64,000 bases of DNA from Ostreococcus lucimarinus. Its lineage: Eukaryota. The stretch lies in assembly GCA_000092065.1 (NCBI GenBank), contig CP000596.1. One strand, given 5' to 3'. Positions 20,694 through 29,818 of this stretch are shown piece after piece; positions within the stretch are counted from its first letter, which is position 1, and each line of letters starts with the position of its first letter. A program made the position numbers and the translations under genes. The notes beneath the pieces are model-generated. The model ran no database searches, had not been told where the DNA came from, and saw nothing but the letters and a program-made list of their open reading frames with translations.

Positions 20694-21836
20694 TCAGTGC
20701 TTCGCGCGCTCGCTTCTGTACTCTTCGTCGTACGCCCAGCGTTGATAGTCTTGCGCCAAACCTCCGACGAAGACGGATTGAAGCACTCGCAAAGTCGTTC
20801 CGAGCACGGCGTCGCCCACGCGCTGGGAAACACCTTTCGGAACCTTCGCAAACGGACCGGGAGGATCGACGCCGACGCCGATATCGGTCCATCCCATGAT
20901 GCACGCGCCCTCGCTCTCCTTTTCGCTCGCCGCGTCTTCGTCGTCGACGAACCCCGTCCGCGTCAACGCCGGTCCATCCAAACTCCCATCCCCTATCGAT
21001 CGCCACCTAAACGCCGTCGTCCCGCGATTCACGAACATGTCGTTCAACCCCAAGCTCTCCACGAGCTTCCCCTCGACCTTGGCGCTGATTATCTCGATCA
21101 ACACGCACGGCCCCCGCATCGCCGCTCTCCGCGTCTCCGGTCTCCGTCCCGCCTTCACCTCCGCCTCTCCGTCCACGCCCTCGTCCCACGCTCGCCCGTG
21201 CCACGTCTCCACCGTTTCCTCGTCCCCCAAGCACCGCACGCGCACCGTGATCACCGGCGCCACCTCCAACGAAAAAAACTTCAGTCCCGGTATCGTCAGC
21301 TCAAACGTTTCGTCCCGCGTCTCGCTCGCCGTCGCCGTTCTCACCGTCCCCTCTCCCAGCCTCGCCATCGTCGCTCCCAGCGGCAGCGGCACGTCCACGT
21401 ACTGCGACACCGGCAGTCGCATGTAATCGCTCAGCGTCAGCCCCGGTTCGTCGCGCTCGTCCGTCGCCGCCCGCACCCGCGTGTGCGCTCGCAGATTCAC
21501 CGCGTACGCGCAGCAGTCCCGTCCCTCGCCCGCGTCGAGCGCGCACTCCACCGACGACGCGTCGAATACCGTCGCGTCGCTCGACGCCGCGCTCGCGCGC
21601 CGCGCGCGTCGCGTCGCGTCGCCGTGCGCGCGCGAACGCGACGCCCGCGGATAAGGCGCGCGGCATCCGAGACGCGCTCGACGCGCGCCGCCCGACGCGC
21701 GCGTCGCGTCCGCGCGCCGCGTCGAGCGACGGTCGAGCGCGGCGCCGCCGGTTCGCGCGACGCGCGTCGAGCGCATGCCGCGCGCGCGTCGACGCGAAGT
21801 GGCGCCAGAGTCGAGCGCGACAAGCGCGCGAATCAT
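20694..21836 (-). CDS. conserved hypothetical protein, possibly organellar; start uncertain between 21836 and 21776
   Basis: 380-aa ORF with mixed composition in its C-terminal 300 aa (FELTIPGLKFFSLEVAPVITVRV..., GLNDMFVNRGTTAFRW); N-terminal R/S/A-rich presequence. Confidence 0.4.
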   Translation of the reverse strand: MIRALVALDSGATSRRRARGMRSTRVARTGGAALDRRSTRRADATRASGGARRARLGCRAPYPRASRSRAHGDATRRARRASAASSDATVFDASSVECALDAGEGRDCCAYAVNLRAHTRVRAATDERDEPGLTLSDYMRLPVSQYVDVPLPLGATMARLGEGTVRTATASETRDETFELTIPGLKFFSLEVAPVITVRVRCLGDEETVETWHGRAWDEGVDGEAEVKAGRRPETRRAAMRGPCVLIEIISAKVEGKLVESLGLNDMFVNRGTTAFRWRSIGDGSLDGPALTRTGFVDDEDAASEKESEGACIMGWTDIGVGVDPPGPFAKVPKGVSQRVGDAVLGTTLRVLQSVFVGGLAQDYQRWAYDEEYRSERAKH

Positions 21837-22695
21837 GTCCCGAAGCGACGACGACGCGCGGAGCGCGCCGACGTGCGCGGTGTGCTACGACGACGTCGAC
21901 GACGCGTCGCTCGCGCGATTGCCGTGCTGCGGCGCGCGCGCGCGCGCGTCGACGACGCAGTTTTGCGCGAAATGCGTCGAGATTTTGATTCAGACGGGGG
22001 ACGGCGTCGCCGCGTGTCCGCGGTGTCGCGCGGCGATCGCGCGCGTCGATGGGGCGTTCGTCGCGGCGCCGCTTCGGCGGTGCGCGGTGTGCCGGCAGGC
22101 GAGGGCGACGGGAGAGACGTGCGAGGCGTGCGCGCTCGGCGGACGCGCGGCGCTGCGATATCGTTGCGAGCGGTGCGGCGGCGCGCAGCGCATACCGCAC
22201 CCGATGTGGCGGTACATGGCGTCGCCGACGTCCTTGTCGAGCGCGACGTGGGCGTGTCACGGGGCGTGCGGGGATTACACGCGGTGGAGGATCGATTCGC
22301 GGGACGCGGCGAGCGTGCCGGCGAGCGACGCGCCGGCGAGTTGGGGATCGAGCGAGGCGTGGCTCGCCGCGGCGCGGGAGGCGGTCGAACGCGCGCGGGC
22401 GAGCGAGGCGCGGTTAGAGGGGGCGCGGACGACGCGCGTGGGGGATGGGGTGAAGGCGGCGGTGATGGTGGCGCTGTGGGCGGCGGCGGCGGCGATGATG
22501 GCGTTCGCCGACGGACCGTTCGTTGAAGAAGGCGGCGGCGGCGGCGACGCGCGGTCGTCGTCGTCGTCCTTCTTTTCGTCGTCGTCGCTCTCGTCGTCGT
22601 CGTCGTCGGGTGGCGCGTTGCGACGCGCGATTTCTAGATCGTTCGGCTCGTCGGTGGGGGGCGCCAACGTTAGTCGAGCGGACGCCGCCGCGTGA
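21775..22695 (+). CDS. cysteine-rich RING-like zinc-finger protein with a C-terminal hydrophobic anchor
   Basis: CAVCYDD...LPCCG...FCAKC...CPRCR then CAVCRQ...CEAC...CERCG: two C4-type clusters; TM-like VKAAVMVALWAAAAAMMAF; ATG at 21775 overlaps the divergent neighbour's start. Confidence 0.45.
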   Translation: MPRARRREVAPESSATSARIMSRSDDDARSAPTCAVCYDDVDDASLARLPCCGARARASTTQFCAKCVEILIQTGDGVAACPRCRAAIARVDGAFVAAPLRRCAVCRQARATGETCEACALGGRAALRYRCERCGGAQRIPHPMWRYMASPTSLSSATWACHGACGDYTRWRIDSRDAASVPASDAPASWGSSEAWLAAAREAVERARASEARLEGARTTRVGDGVKAAVMVALWAAAAAMMAFADGPFVEEGGGGGDARSSSSSFFSSSSLSSSSSSGGALRRAISRSFGSSVGGANVSRADAAA

Positions 22696-22805
22696 CGATT
22701 CGGGGCGGTGCGCCCGCGGTCGCTGGCCGACGCGCGATGCGTAACGAAAATGAAATGTATTAACAAGCGGCGAGCAACGAGCAGTACTAGTACAGCGCGC
22801 GATCA

Positions 22806-24065
22806 TCACACTGCCACGTCCGGCGCGGAGAAATCGCTCGGCACCGGCTCGACGACGGTTCTCGCGTTGGCCAATTTATCCCCTCCGCTCGTAACCTTGG
22901 CGCTCGTGATGCGCGCGTTCGTGCCGATTGAACCTAAATATTCTTCGCCCTTCGTCACGTACCCGAACACGGCGAACTCCCCCTCCTCGAACGACAAACC
23001 GCCGAGCCCGGCGCTTCGCTTGTCGAATAAATACACAAAGAATTGCTCCTTATCGCTCTGCCCGTCGCTACTTCTAGCCATCGCCACCGAACCGTTGATG
23101 CTGAGCGGAATGCTCGGAATCGCTTCGCCCGATTGCACGTCGAGCGGCGAGCGGTACAAAGGATCGAACGAATCGCTCGATTTAATCTCGAGCGGCACGC
23201 TCTCCTGCGAGTCGGCGTTCGTGCCGCCCATGATGCTCGTCTCGCTTCGTCGCAACGGTGCGTTGTCGTACACCCCCCGCTTGACGTTATCGACGAAATT
23301 TCCCGCCGTCACCGGCGCGTTGTAGCCATCGACGGTGATTTCGATCGTCGCCTCATCCAACTTATCCCCGTTGAGCAACCCAAATCCGCCGCCGTCGGCG
23401 TTCCGCACCTTCAATTCCACGGTCGCGCGCCCGACGAGTTTGGGCAACGCCTGATATTTCGCTGGAATTTGAAACGGCAGTCCCGGCGCTTGCGCGATCT
23501 GCACGACGGACAGCGAATCCAACGCTTGCGCGATTTTCGCGTCAAACGTATCAAAGTCTTGCGTCGCCGCCGCCCGACTCAACCGTTCCAGCGCGTCGTC
23601 CAATCGCGCGTACGCCTCCTCCGCCTCCGCTCGATCGTTCGACCGTACGTTTTCAAACACATCCGTCTTCTTTTCGAGCATTATTTTCCGCGATTCATCG
23701 ACGTCTTTCGCCATCGTCGCCCAGGGCTTGCGCTGCGGTATGCGCATCAGGTACGCCGCGTCCTCGAGTTTGCGTTGGATCTCTCGCGTCTCTTCGTTCA
23801 CCGCCGGCACCGCGCGTCGAAGCGCCGCCTTCGCGTTGCGCGGCAGGCGACTGTTCGGGTTGCTCAGCGCCGCCAGCGCGTCGGGCGTCGGCGCCGCGCT
23901 CAGCGTCGCGGCCAGAGCCAAAGCCAAGAGAGATCGACCGAGCGCGGCGTCGTCGGACGACGCGTCGCGGTTCGCGGCGCGCGCGGCGACGCGGTTTCGA
24001 CGCCTCGATCGGGGCGCGGCGGCCGGCGCGCGCGGGGGGGCGGCGCGCGCGACGGCGTCGGGCAT
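22806..24065 (-). CDS. CYP38: thylakoid-lumen CYP38/TLP40-type cyclophilin-like protein
   Basis: C-terminal divergent cyclophilin domain GNFVDNVKRGVYDN...VPLEIK...QFFVYLFD...GEFAVFGYVTKGEEYLGSI parallels plant CYP38; N-terminal helical region and transit peptide; ATG at 24065. Confidence 0.75.
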   Translation of the reverse strand: MPDAVARAAPPRAPAAAPRSRRRNRVAARAANRDASSDDAALGRSLLALALAATLSAAPTPDALAALSNPNSRLPRNAKAALRRAVPAVNEETREIQRKLEDAAYLMRIPQRKPWATMAKDVDESRKIMLEKKTDVFENVRSNDRAEAEEAYARLDDALERLSRAAATQDFDTFDAKIAQALDSLSVVQIAQAPGLPFQIPAKYQALPKLVGRATVELKVRNADGGGFGLLNGDKLDEATIEITVDGYNAPVTAGNFVDNVKRGVYDNAPLRRSETSIMGGTNADSQESVPLEIKSSDSFDPLYRSPLDVQSGEAIPSIPLSINGSVAMARSSDGQSDKEQFFVYLFDKRSAGLGGLSFEEGEFAVFGYVTKGEEYLGSIGTNARITSAKVTSGGDKLANARTVVEPVPSDFSAPDVAV

Positions 24066-24200
24066 CTCGCGGCGCTCGCGCGCCGAGTGTGCGGACGCGG
24101 CGAGACGCGCGCGACGAGCGATTCGTCTCCGCGAAGCGCGACGGGCGAATCGAGCGCGCGCGATGTTTGATTTAAACCTAAACCTTTTTGAAACGTAAAC

Positions 24201-25799
24201 CTAAGACGACGGTAAGTACTTGCGAACCATGTCGCGCGCGCGGGCGTAATCGACGACTTTGAAATTGTCGGCGCGTCGGCGCGCGGCGGCGTCGGGCGCG
24301 TCGGCCGCCGCGCTCGGAACGAGCACGTCGAGCGTGGCGCGCCAGCCTGGGTCGACGTCGCGATGGTCGAGTCGAGTGCTGATCCAGGGGCAGTAGGGCA
24401 AGTGCTCGTCGATGACGTTGAAACGCACGGCGAGCGCGGGGATGTTGAGCTTGGCGTTTTCGTCGACGGCGACGCGTTTGCGCTTCTTCGCCGCGGCGAG
24501 TTTTTTCGTCGCCGCGGCGACGACGATTGACGCAAACTTTGAACCTTGTTCGGAATCGAGCGTTGCCGACGGCGTAGCGTCGGTCATCGTGGTCACCGGA
24601 CGCGGGCTACCGAATAACGGCGTCGACGACGTCGTCGAACCAAAAGGCGTGGAATCCACCTTCGCATCACTCGCACCACCGCCCGCGATGCTCGCCGTGA
24701 GCTTGGACAAAACGCTCGCGCCGGCGACGGCGGCGACCCATTTCGACTTGACGCTCGGCGAGTGCGCCGGTTTCTCCTCGTGAAGTTTCGGGGCGAACGG
24801 CGCGGCGGCGGCGGCGGCGACGGCGCTCCGCAACGTCCCCAAACCGTACGTCCCACCGGCGGCACCTCGAAGCGCCGCCAGCGTCGTCTTTGGTTTCTTG
24901 CTCGACGAACTCTGCGCCATCGCGAGCTGCTTACGACTCGCAATCAGAGGTGTGAATGTCCATTCCGGCGCGCGCACGCCGCAAAGCGCGCAACAATACG
25001 CCGCGCGTCCCTTCGCGTCCGTCTCCAAATCCCCATCCACGACCGTCGGCGACCAACCGAACAACCCCATCTCCGTCGCATAATCGATCGCCGACCTTCG
25101 CTCGAGCGGGGTCAAGTCATCCGCGTCGTCGCTCGCGCTCGTCTCCGCCTCCTCCGCGTGCGTCCGCGCGTCTCGCACCAACGCGCGAATCCTCTCCTTC
25201 TCCCCGTCCCCGATCGCCTCGCTCGTCGGTCGCGATCGTCCTTCGTCCTCTAAAGCTCCCACGACCATGGGTAATTTCCCTCCTCGACGCGCGATCGCGT
25301 CTACTCGACTCGCGAAATCCGCGCGCGTCTCGTCGGCGCTCGCCGCCGGAAATCCGCGCGCGCTCGTCGAGCATCCCGTCTCCCGCCACGCGCACCCGCG
25401 CTCGTGCGTGTCGACTAAGTCTTTCATCACGCGTTCGTTGACGTCTTTTCGCGCGTCTTCGTCTAATTTATCCACGTTTCCCGGGTACGCCAACAGCGCT
25501 TCGCACGTCTCGCACCGCAGCAAATCTCTCGCCTCGAGCGTCCACCCTCGCGCCGCGCACGCGGGCCCTTGCAGCGCGCTCGGCTTGTCGAAGTTCCATC
25601 GCACGCAGTCTCTGAACGCGCGCAGGCGCCTGAAGTAGTCGGCGCGCGAGAGCGGACGCGCGGGAAGATTGGCGGACGAACTGGCGTCGACGTCGAGCGC
25701 GACGTCGAGCGGCGCGTCGTCGACGCGACCGGCGTCGAGCAGGGTCGACGTGATCAGTTCGAAGCGCGACGACGGCGTGGGCGACGCGGCGGTGGTCAT
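24201..25799 (-). CDS. C3HC-type zinc-finger protein (NIPA-like)
   Basis: WNFDKPSALQGPACAARGWTLEARDLLRCETCEALLAYP and a second CCALCGVRAPEWTF block resemble zf-C3HC; track start 25835 is GTG, ATG at 25799. Confidence 0.5.
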   Translation of the reverse strand: MTTAASPTPSSRFELITSTLLDAGRVDDAPLDVALDVDASSSANLPARPLSRADYFRRLRAFRDCVRWNFDKPSALQGPACAARGWTLEARDLLRCETCEALLAYPGNVDKLDEDARKDVNERVMKDLVDTHERGCAWRETGCSTSARGFPAASADETRADFASRVDAIARRGGKLPMVVGALEDEGRSRPTSEAIGDGEKERIRALVRDARTHAEEAETSASDDADDLTPLERRSAIDYATEMGLFGWSPTVVDGDLETDAKGRAAYCCALCGVRAPEWTFTPLIASRKQLAMAQSSSSKKPKTTLAALRGAAGGTYGLGTLRSAVAAAAAAPFAPKLHEEKPAHSPSVKSKWVAAVAGASVLSKLTASIAGGGASDAKVDSTPFGSTTSSTPLFGSPRPVTTMTDATPSATLDSEQGSKFASIVVAAATKKLAAAKKRKRVAVDENAKLNIPALAVRFNVIDEHLPYCPWISTRLDHRDVDPGWRATLDVLVPSAAADAPDAAARRRADNFKVVDYARARDMVRKYLPSS

Positions 25800-25911
25800 C
25801 GGCGTCGCGCGCGCGGAGGAATGGCGATCGGTCACTCAGTCGTCGACGCGCGCGAAACCAACCGGCGCGGCGCGGCGGCGAGTCGAGATTCGGTTGATTA
25901 CAATCGGCGAG

Positions 25912-28863
25912 CTAACGCCCGGACGCGGATTTGCGATCGGCGATGAAGGCGGCGATCTTCTCGCGTAAGTCGTCGTCCGGGACGAGCTGGTCCGCGGTGA
26001 GGGGTTGGCGCGAGAAAGGGTCGGTTTCGTCGCTGAGCAAGTGTCGAGTGATGATGCTCCTGTCGCACGAGTGCCCGCTGGGAAGTTTGACCGGATCGCG
26101 CATGAGGGTGCAGTAGATCGGGTCGAGGAACTCGTCGGGAATGTCGCCGAGATCGGTCTCCTCTTCTTCGTCCTCGGAGGCGCGCGTGCGGGCGTCGGCG
26201 GCGAGTTTCTCGAACGCGGCGACGCGCCGCTCGGAGCGGAGCTGCAAACCGCGCGCGATGGCGGCGGCTTCGAGCATGACTTCGTCGCGATAGGACCGGC
26301 CGTCGGCGGCGATGGCGGCGATGAACGCTTTGTCCTTGTCCGCGGCGTAGATCTGGACGTAAATGTCGGTGATCATGCCGAGAAGCTCTTTAGGTTCCCA
26401 GCCGTACTTTTCGGGATTTTTAATCTTCAGCTTTCGGCGCTCGGGACCGGCGAGGAAGAGCAAGAAGTAATTCAGCATCGCAGCGACACGTTCGACCATC
26501 TCGGGGCGTAAGAATGGATGTGCGATGTCACACGAAGTGTACGCCATCATGCGTACGTGCACCATGGCGAGCGTGAGGTTAGATCGCAAATGACGCCGTG
26601 TCTGGCGAAACTCGCTCTCGCGTTCCTCGCGCTCTTGCTGCGGACGCGCCTCCCACGCCGCCTGGTCTTGCATGTCCGTCTCCGTCTGGCGCACCTCCGG
26701 AAGCTTTTTCATCGCCTCGTCTAGTAAGTAAATTGCATCATTGATGAGCATGTTCAGGAATCGAGTGTAAAATTCAGGGTCTTCGCTCGCGAGCTTGATC
26801 CATGCGTTTCGGTGCGATTGCACGGACCACAAGTATTCGCAAAGCTCACCGATTTGATATCGAACGTTGAACTTTTCGTAGAACTGGTTCGCGCCTCCCG
26901 AGAACTCGATGTCGACGTAGAGATACAGCAGACTCGGAATCAAGTTCTTCAAACTCACCGGGTTCACCTCGAATAAGGTCATGAGCTTTTGCGATTGGTA
27001 GCCATCCTCAAACGGGATCCAGTGGCGCAAGACTTCGACGAATTTGCATCGCAAGTACGGATTCTTCACGAATGCCGTGTTGCCCATGAATGTGATGAAG
27101 AAGTTCATAATCTCATCCAACGGCTCGTGATCGAGCGCGTCGGGGGCGTAGCGAGAGATGTACAGAATGAACTCCACCAAGTCCTCGATGACGTACTCGG
27201 GCAAGCACCCGAACGCCACCGGACACGTCTGAGGGAACTTGTCCATGGTGATTTGAGCAAAGGTGAATCCGTTCCCGGCCTCGTAGTCCCCATTCGTGGC
27301 GACGATACGCATGAGCCAAACAGCGACGAGACGATAGTACTGCATCGCCTCGCTGATCAGCCGCGGATCGCGAAGCGCGCAGTCGAATTGCAAATTTCTT
27401 TCGAGTGCGCGCTCAATCTCCGCAGTCATCTCTTCGTGTTTGCGCTCGTACCGCTCTCGCTCGGGCGAGCTCATCAATTGCTGGTCTAACATTCCTCGTA
27501 AATCCCGCACCGCCTCTCGCATGTCTTGGATCTCGCGCGTGCACGCCGCGTATTCGGCGATGCACTTGACGTAGCCCAAATGCAACGCTCGTCCGGTGAT
27601 GTAAAAGCACTCGCAAATGAATCCCCAATCTTCTTTGTCTTCCGACGTCGACAATTTAGCCGCTACAGCTTCGTCCGCGGTGCACGCGACGCGCGTCTCG
27701 TCCGTCAAATTGATCCTGCACGCGCGACTTCGTACGTACGCCGGGCTGATTTTGTCGTACTTGCCGCTCTGCGGATCCAAAAACGGCATCGCCAGACGCA
27801 ACGCCACCATGCTCAAATTGTGCGCACCACCGTGCGACGCGACGACTTGAGGATGGATGCGCATCTTGCCACGCCCGGCGTTGACGCGCATGAACGCATC
27901 TAGGTAGTTCAGCACGCCCTGGCGAACGTCGCCACCGTGTTTCAACATGACAAAGAGAATCTGATACAGTCCCTCGACCAGGCGATTGCCGCAGCCTCGT
28001 AACATGCCGTACGACGCCTCCACGTCTCGCTTCAATCGCTTCGTGACGTTACTAAAGTACGGGCCCACGCAGTCGGGCTCGCCGCATCCGAGAATGTCCG
28101 GCAACACGCTCGGTCTGAAGAACCAACCGAGCACGCTCTCCGTCTCAAACTGCCTCCCGTTAATCGCGCTCAGATGACTCTTCATCGGCACCCACCGCTT
28201 GTGCTTCACGAGCGCCGTCGCGAACGCTTTCACTGAGCACAGCTGATACATCACCTTTAAGTGCTCGTCAAACTCCCCCAACGGACTCATCCCTCGCGTC
28301 GACACGCGCAACTCGTCGAACACGCGCTCGGCGATTTCGTCCAAACCTTCGTCCTCGCACCGCGTCGCCAATCGCTCCAAATATCCGTGCGGTATCCCAC
28401 CCACCGTCCGCATCGCGTCCAACAACTGACACGCCCCTCGCCCGGCCGCCCACTCGCTCTGCGGAAACGTCCCCGCGAGCGCCGGATTCAACAACAACCC
28501 TCCGTACGACGCGCAAAATTCCATGCAACTCTGCAGCTCCTCCCGCGCCGCCGTCGACGCCCCATCGCTCTTCGTCCCCAACCTTCGATGTTCCTCCGTC
28601 GCCCGCCGGTACGTCTCCACCGTCCACGCGTACGGTTCCGCGCGCTCGTCGAACCCCGCGTTCGCGCCGCCGCCGCCGCCGTCGTCGCGCGCCAACCGCG
28701 CGAAGAAGACCCGCTCCAGCGTCTCCCCCGTCATCCTCAACACCGCGCTCGTCCCTCGCTCCTCTCGCAGCTCGCGCGCGAGATCTCCCAGAAACATCAC
28801 TCCACCATCGTCCGAGCCCGTCGCGGCGTCCAGCGCGCACCTGCGCGCGTCGTCGTTCGTCAT
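25912..28863 (-). CDS. UFD2: ubiquitin conjugation factor E4 (UFD2/UBE4) with C-terminal U-box
   Basis: IPDEFLDPIYCTLMRDPVKLPSGHSCDRSIITRHLLSDETDPFSRQPLT is a canonical U-box; upstream Ufd2 core helical region of about 900 aa; ATG at 28863. Confidence 0.85.
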   Translation of the reverse strand: MTNDDARRCALDAATGSDDGGVMFLGDLARELREERGTSAVLRMTGETLERVFFARLARDDGGGGGANAGFDERAEPYAWTVETYRRATEEHRRLGTKSDGASTAAREELQSCMEFCASYGGLLLNPALAGTFPQSEWAAGRGACQLLDAMRTVGGIPHGYLERLATRCEDEGLDEIAERVFDELRVSTRGMSPLGEFDEHLKVMYQLCSVKAFATALVKHKRWVPMKSHLSAINGRQFETESVLGWFFRPSVLPDILGCGEPDCVGPYFSNVTKRLKRDVEASYGMLRGCGNRLVEGLYQILFVMLKHGGDVRQGVLNYLDAFMRVNAGRGKMRIHPQVVASHGGAHNLSMVALRLAMPFLDPQSGKYDKISPAYVRSRACRINLTDETRVACTADEAVAAKLSTSEDKEDWGFICECFYITGRALHLGYVKCIAEYAACTREIQDMREAVRDLRGMLDQQLMSSPERERYERKHEEMTAEIERALERNLQFDCALRDPRLISEAMQYYRLVAVWLMRIVATNGDYEAGNGFTFAQITMDKFPQTCPVAFGCLPEYVIEDLVEFILYISRYAPDALDHEPLDEIMNFFITFMGNTAFVKNPYLRCKFVEVLRHWIPFEDGYQSQKLMTLFEVNPVSLKNLIPSLLYLYVDIEFSGGANQFYEKFNVRYQIGELCEYLWSVQSHRNAWIKLASEDPEFYTRFLNMLINDAIYLLDEAMKKLPEVRQTETDMQDQAAWEARPQQEREERESEFRQTRRHLRSNLTLAMVHVRMMAYTSCDIAHPFLRPEMVERVAAMLNYFLLFLAGPERRKLKIKNPEKYGWEPKELLGMITDIYVQIYAADKDKAFIAAIAADGRSYRDEVMLEAAAIARGLQLRSERRVAAFEKLAADARTRASEDEEEETDLGDIPDEFLDPIYCTLMRDPVKLPSGHSCDRSIITRHLLSDETDPFSRQPLTADQLVPDDDLREKIAAFIADRKSASGR

Positions 28864-29066
28864 CGAACGTCGTCGTCAATCTCAACAGAATCCATCGCTC
28901 GATCGCGCGCTCGCTCGCTCGCGCGCGCGCTCCCGCGCCTCGTCGCGCGCGCGCTCGACGCACCTCGTGCACCGCACCAGCGCCTCGTGCGCGCGCGCGT
29001 CGTCGTCGCTCGCGCGCGTCGCCATCGCGCCGATGAGTGTCGTCGTCTCCACACCTCGACCGCGCC

Positions 29067-29705
29067 ATGCTCGACGCCGCGACGCCGACGCTCGTCTTCG
29101 CGACGACGAACGATGGGAAACTGCGACGCATGCGCGAGCACCTGCGCCGCGCGCGCGCGCCGGCGCGCGTCGACGCGTGGCGCGGCGCGGCGATCGAGGA
29201 GATACAGGCAAACAGTGTCAGAGAAGTCGCGGTCGCGAAAGCGGCGCTGGCGCTCGAGCGGTGCGACCGCGCGTGCGCGGGCGTCGTCGCGCACGACTGC
29301 GGACTGTGCGTGCGCGCGCTCGGTGGGTTCCCGGGACCGTACACGAAGGATTTTAACTACAGGGTCGGGGGCGACGGGTTGAGAGCGCTGCTCGACGGCG
29401 CGGGCGCGATCGATCGAAGCGCGTGCTGGGACGAGACGCTGGTGCTGGCGCGCGAGGGTCGGGAGATGGTGGTGTTCACGCGCGAGAAGGAGTACGGGGA
29501 CGGGGAGGTGGGAGAGCCGAGAAAGTGGACGCGGTGGCGGGACGACGCGAGTCGAAGCGTCGGGAGCGTCTTCGTGGCGACGGGGTTCGGGTTCGATGAA
29601 CCGCTCGCGGACGTCTCCGAGGATGAGTATCAACGATTTCGAAGGGACGCACCGTCGGTTTGGTCGAGCTTCGCGACGTTCGTGAGAGAGAGCGGCGAGT
29701 TTTGA
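29067..29705 (+). CDS. Ham1-like (ITPase-like) non-canonical NTP pyrophosphatase
   Basis: LVFATTNDGKLRRMREHL and HDCGLCVRALGGFPGPYTKDF match Ham1 motifs (vfaTgN.gK, D..l...al.G.PG.y.k.F); track start 29037 is GTG, ATG at 29067. Confidence 0.55.
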   Translation: MLDAATPTLVFATTNDGKLRRMREHLRRARAPARVDAWRGAAIEEIQANSVREVAVAKAALALERCDRACAGVVAHDCGLCVRALGGFPGPYTKDFNYRVGGDGLRALLDGAGAIDRSACWDETLVLAREGREMVVFTREKEYGDGEVGEPRKWTRWRDDASRSVGSVFVATGFGFDEPLADVSEDEYQRFRRDAPSVWSSFATFVRESGEF

Positions 29706-29818
29706 GTGAGGAGTTTTTCGCTCGAGCGATTGGGAGGCGAACAGACACCTTTTTGCGAGCGGATAAAAACGCTCGGCGCGCGCAGACGACGACGCGCGGT
29801 CGAGTGAGATCGCGCTCG

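Noticed and set aside
20697-22526. 609-aa ORF on the plus strand, plus many other long ORFs (e.g. 2494..3555+, 7542..8471+, 8468..9370+, 21301..22260-, 28268..29344-, 28860..29948-, 46346..47704-, 48589..49422+, 62861..63985+, 63108..63950-)
   Set aside because: Translations are dominated by Arg/Ala/Gly/Pro runs (RRRRARR..., GRGRG...), the signature of out-of-frame or antisense reading of about 70% GC coding DNA. They overlap well-supported genes on the opposite strand or frame and have no domain content.
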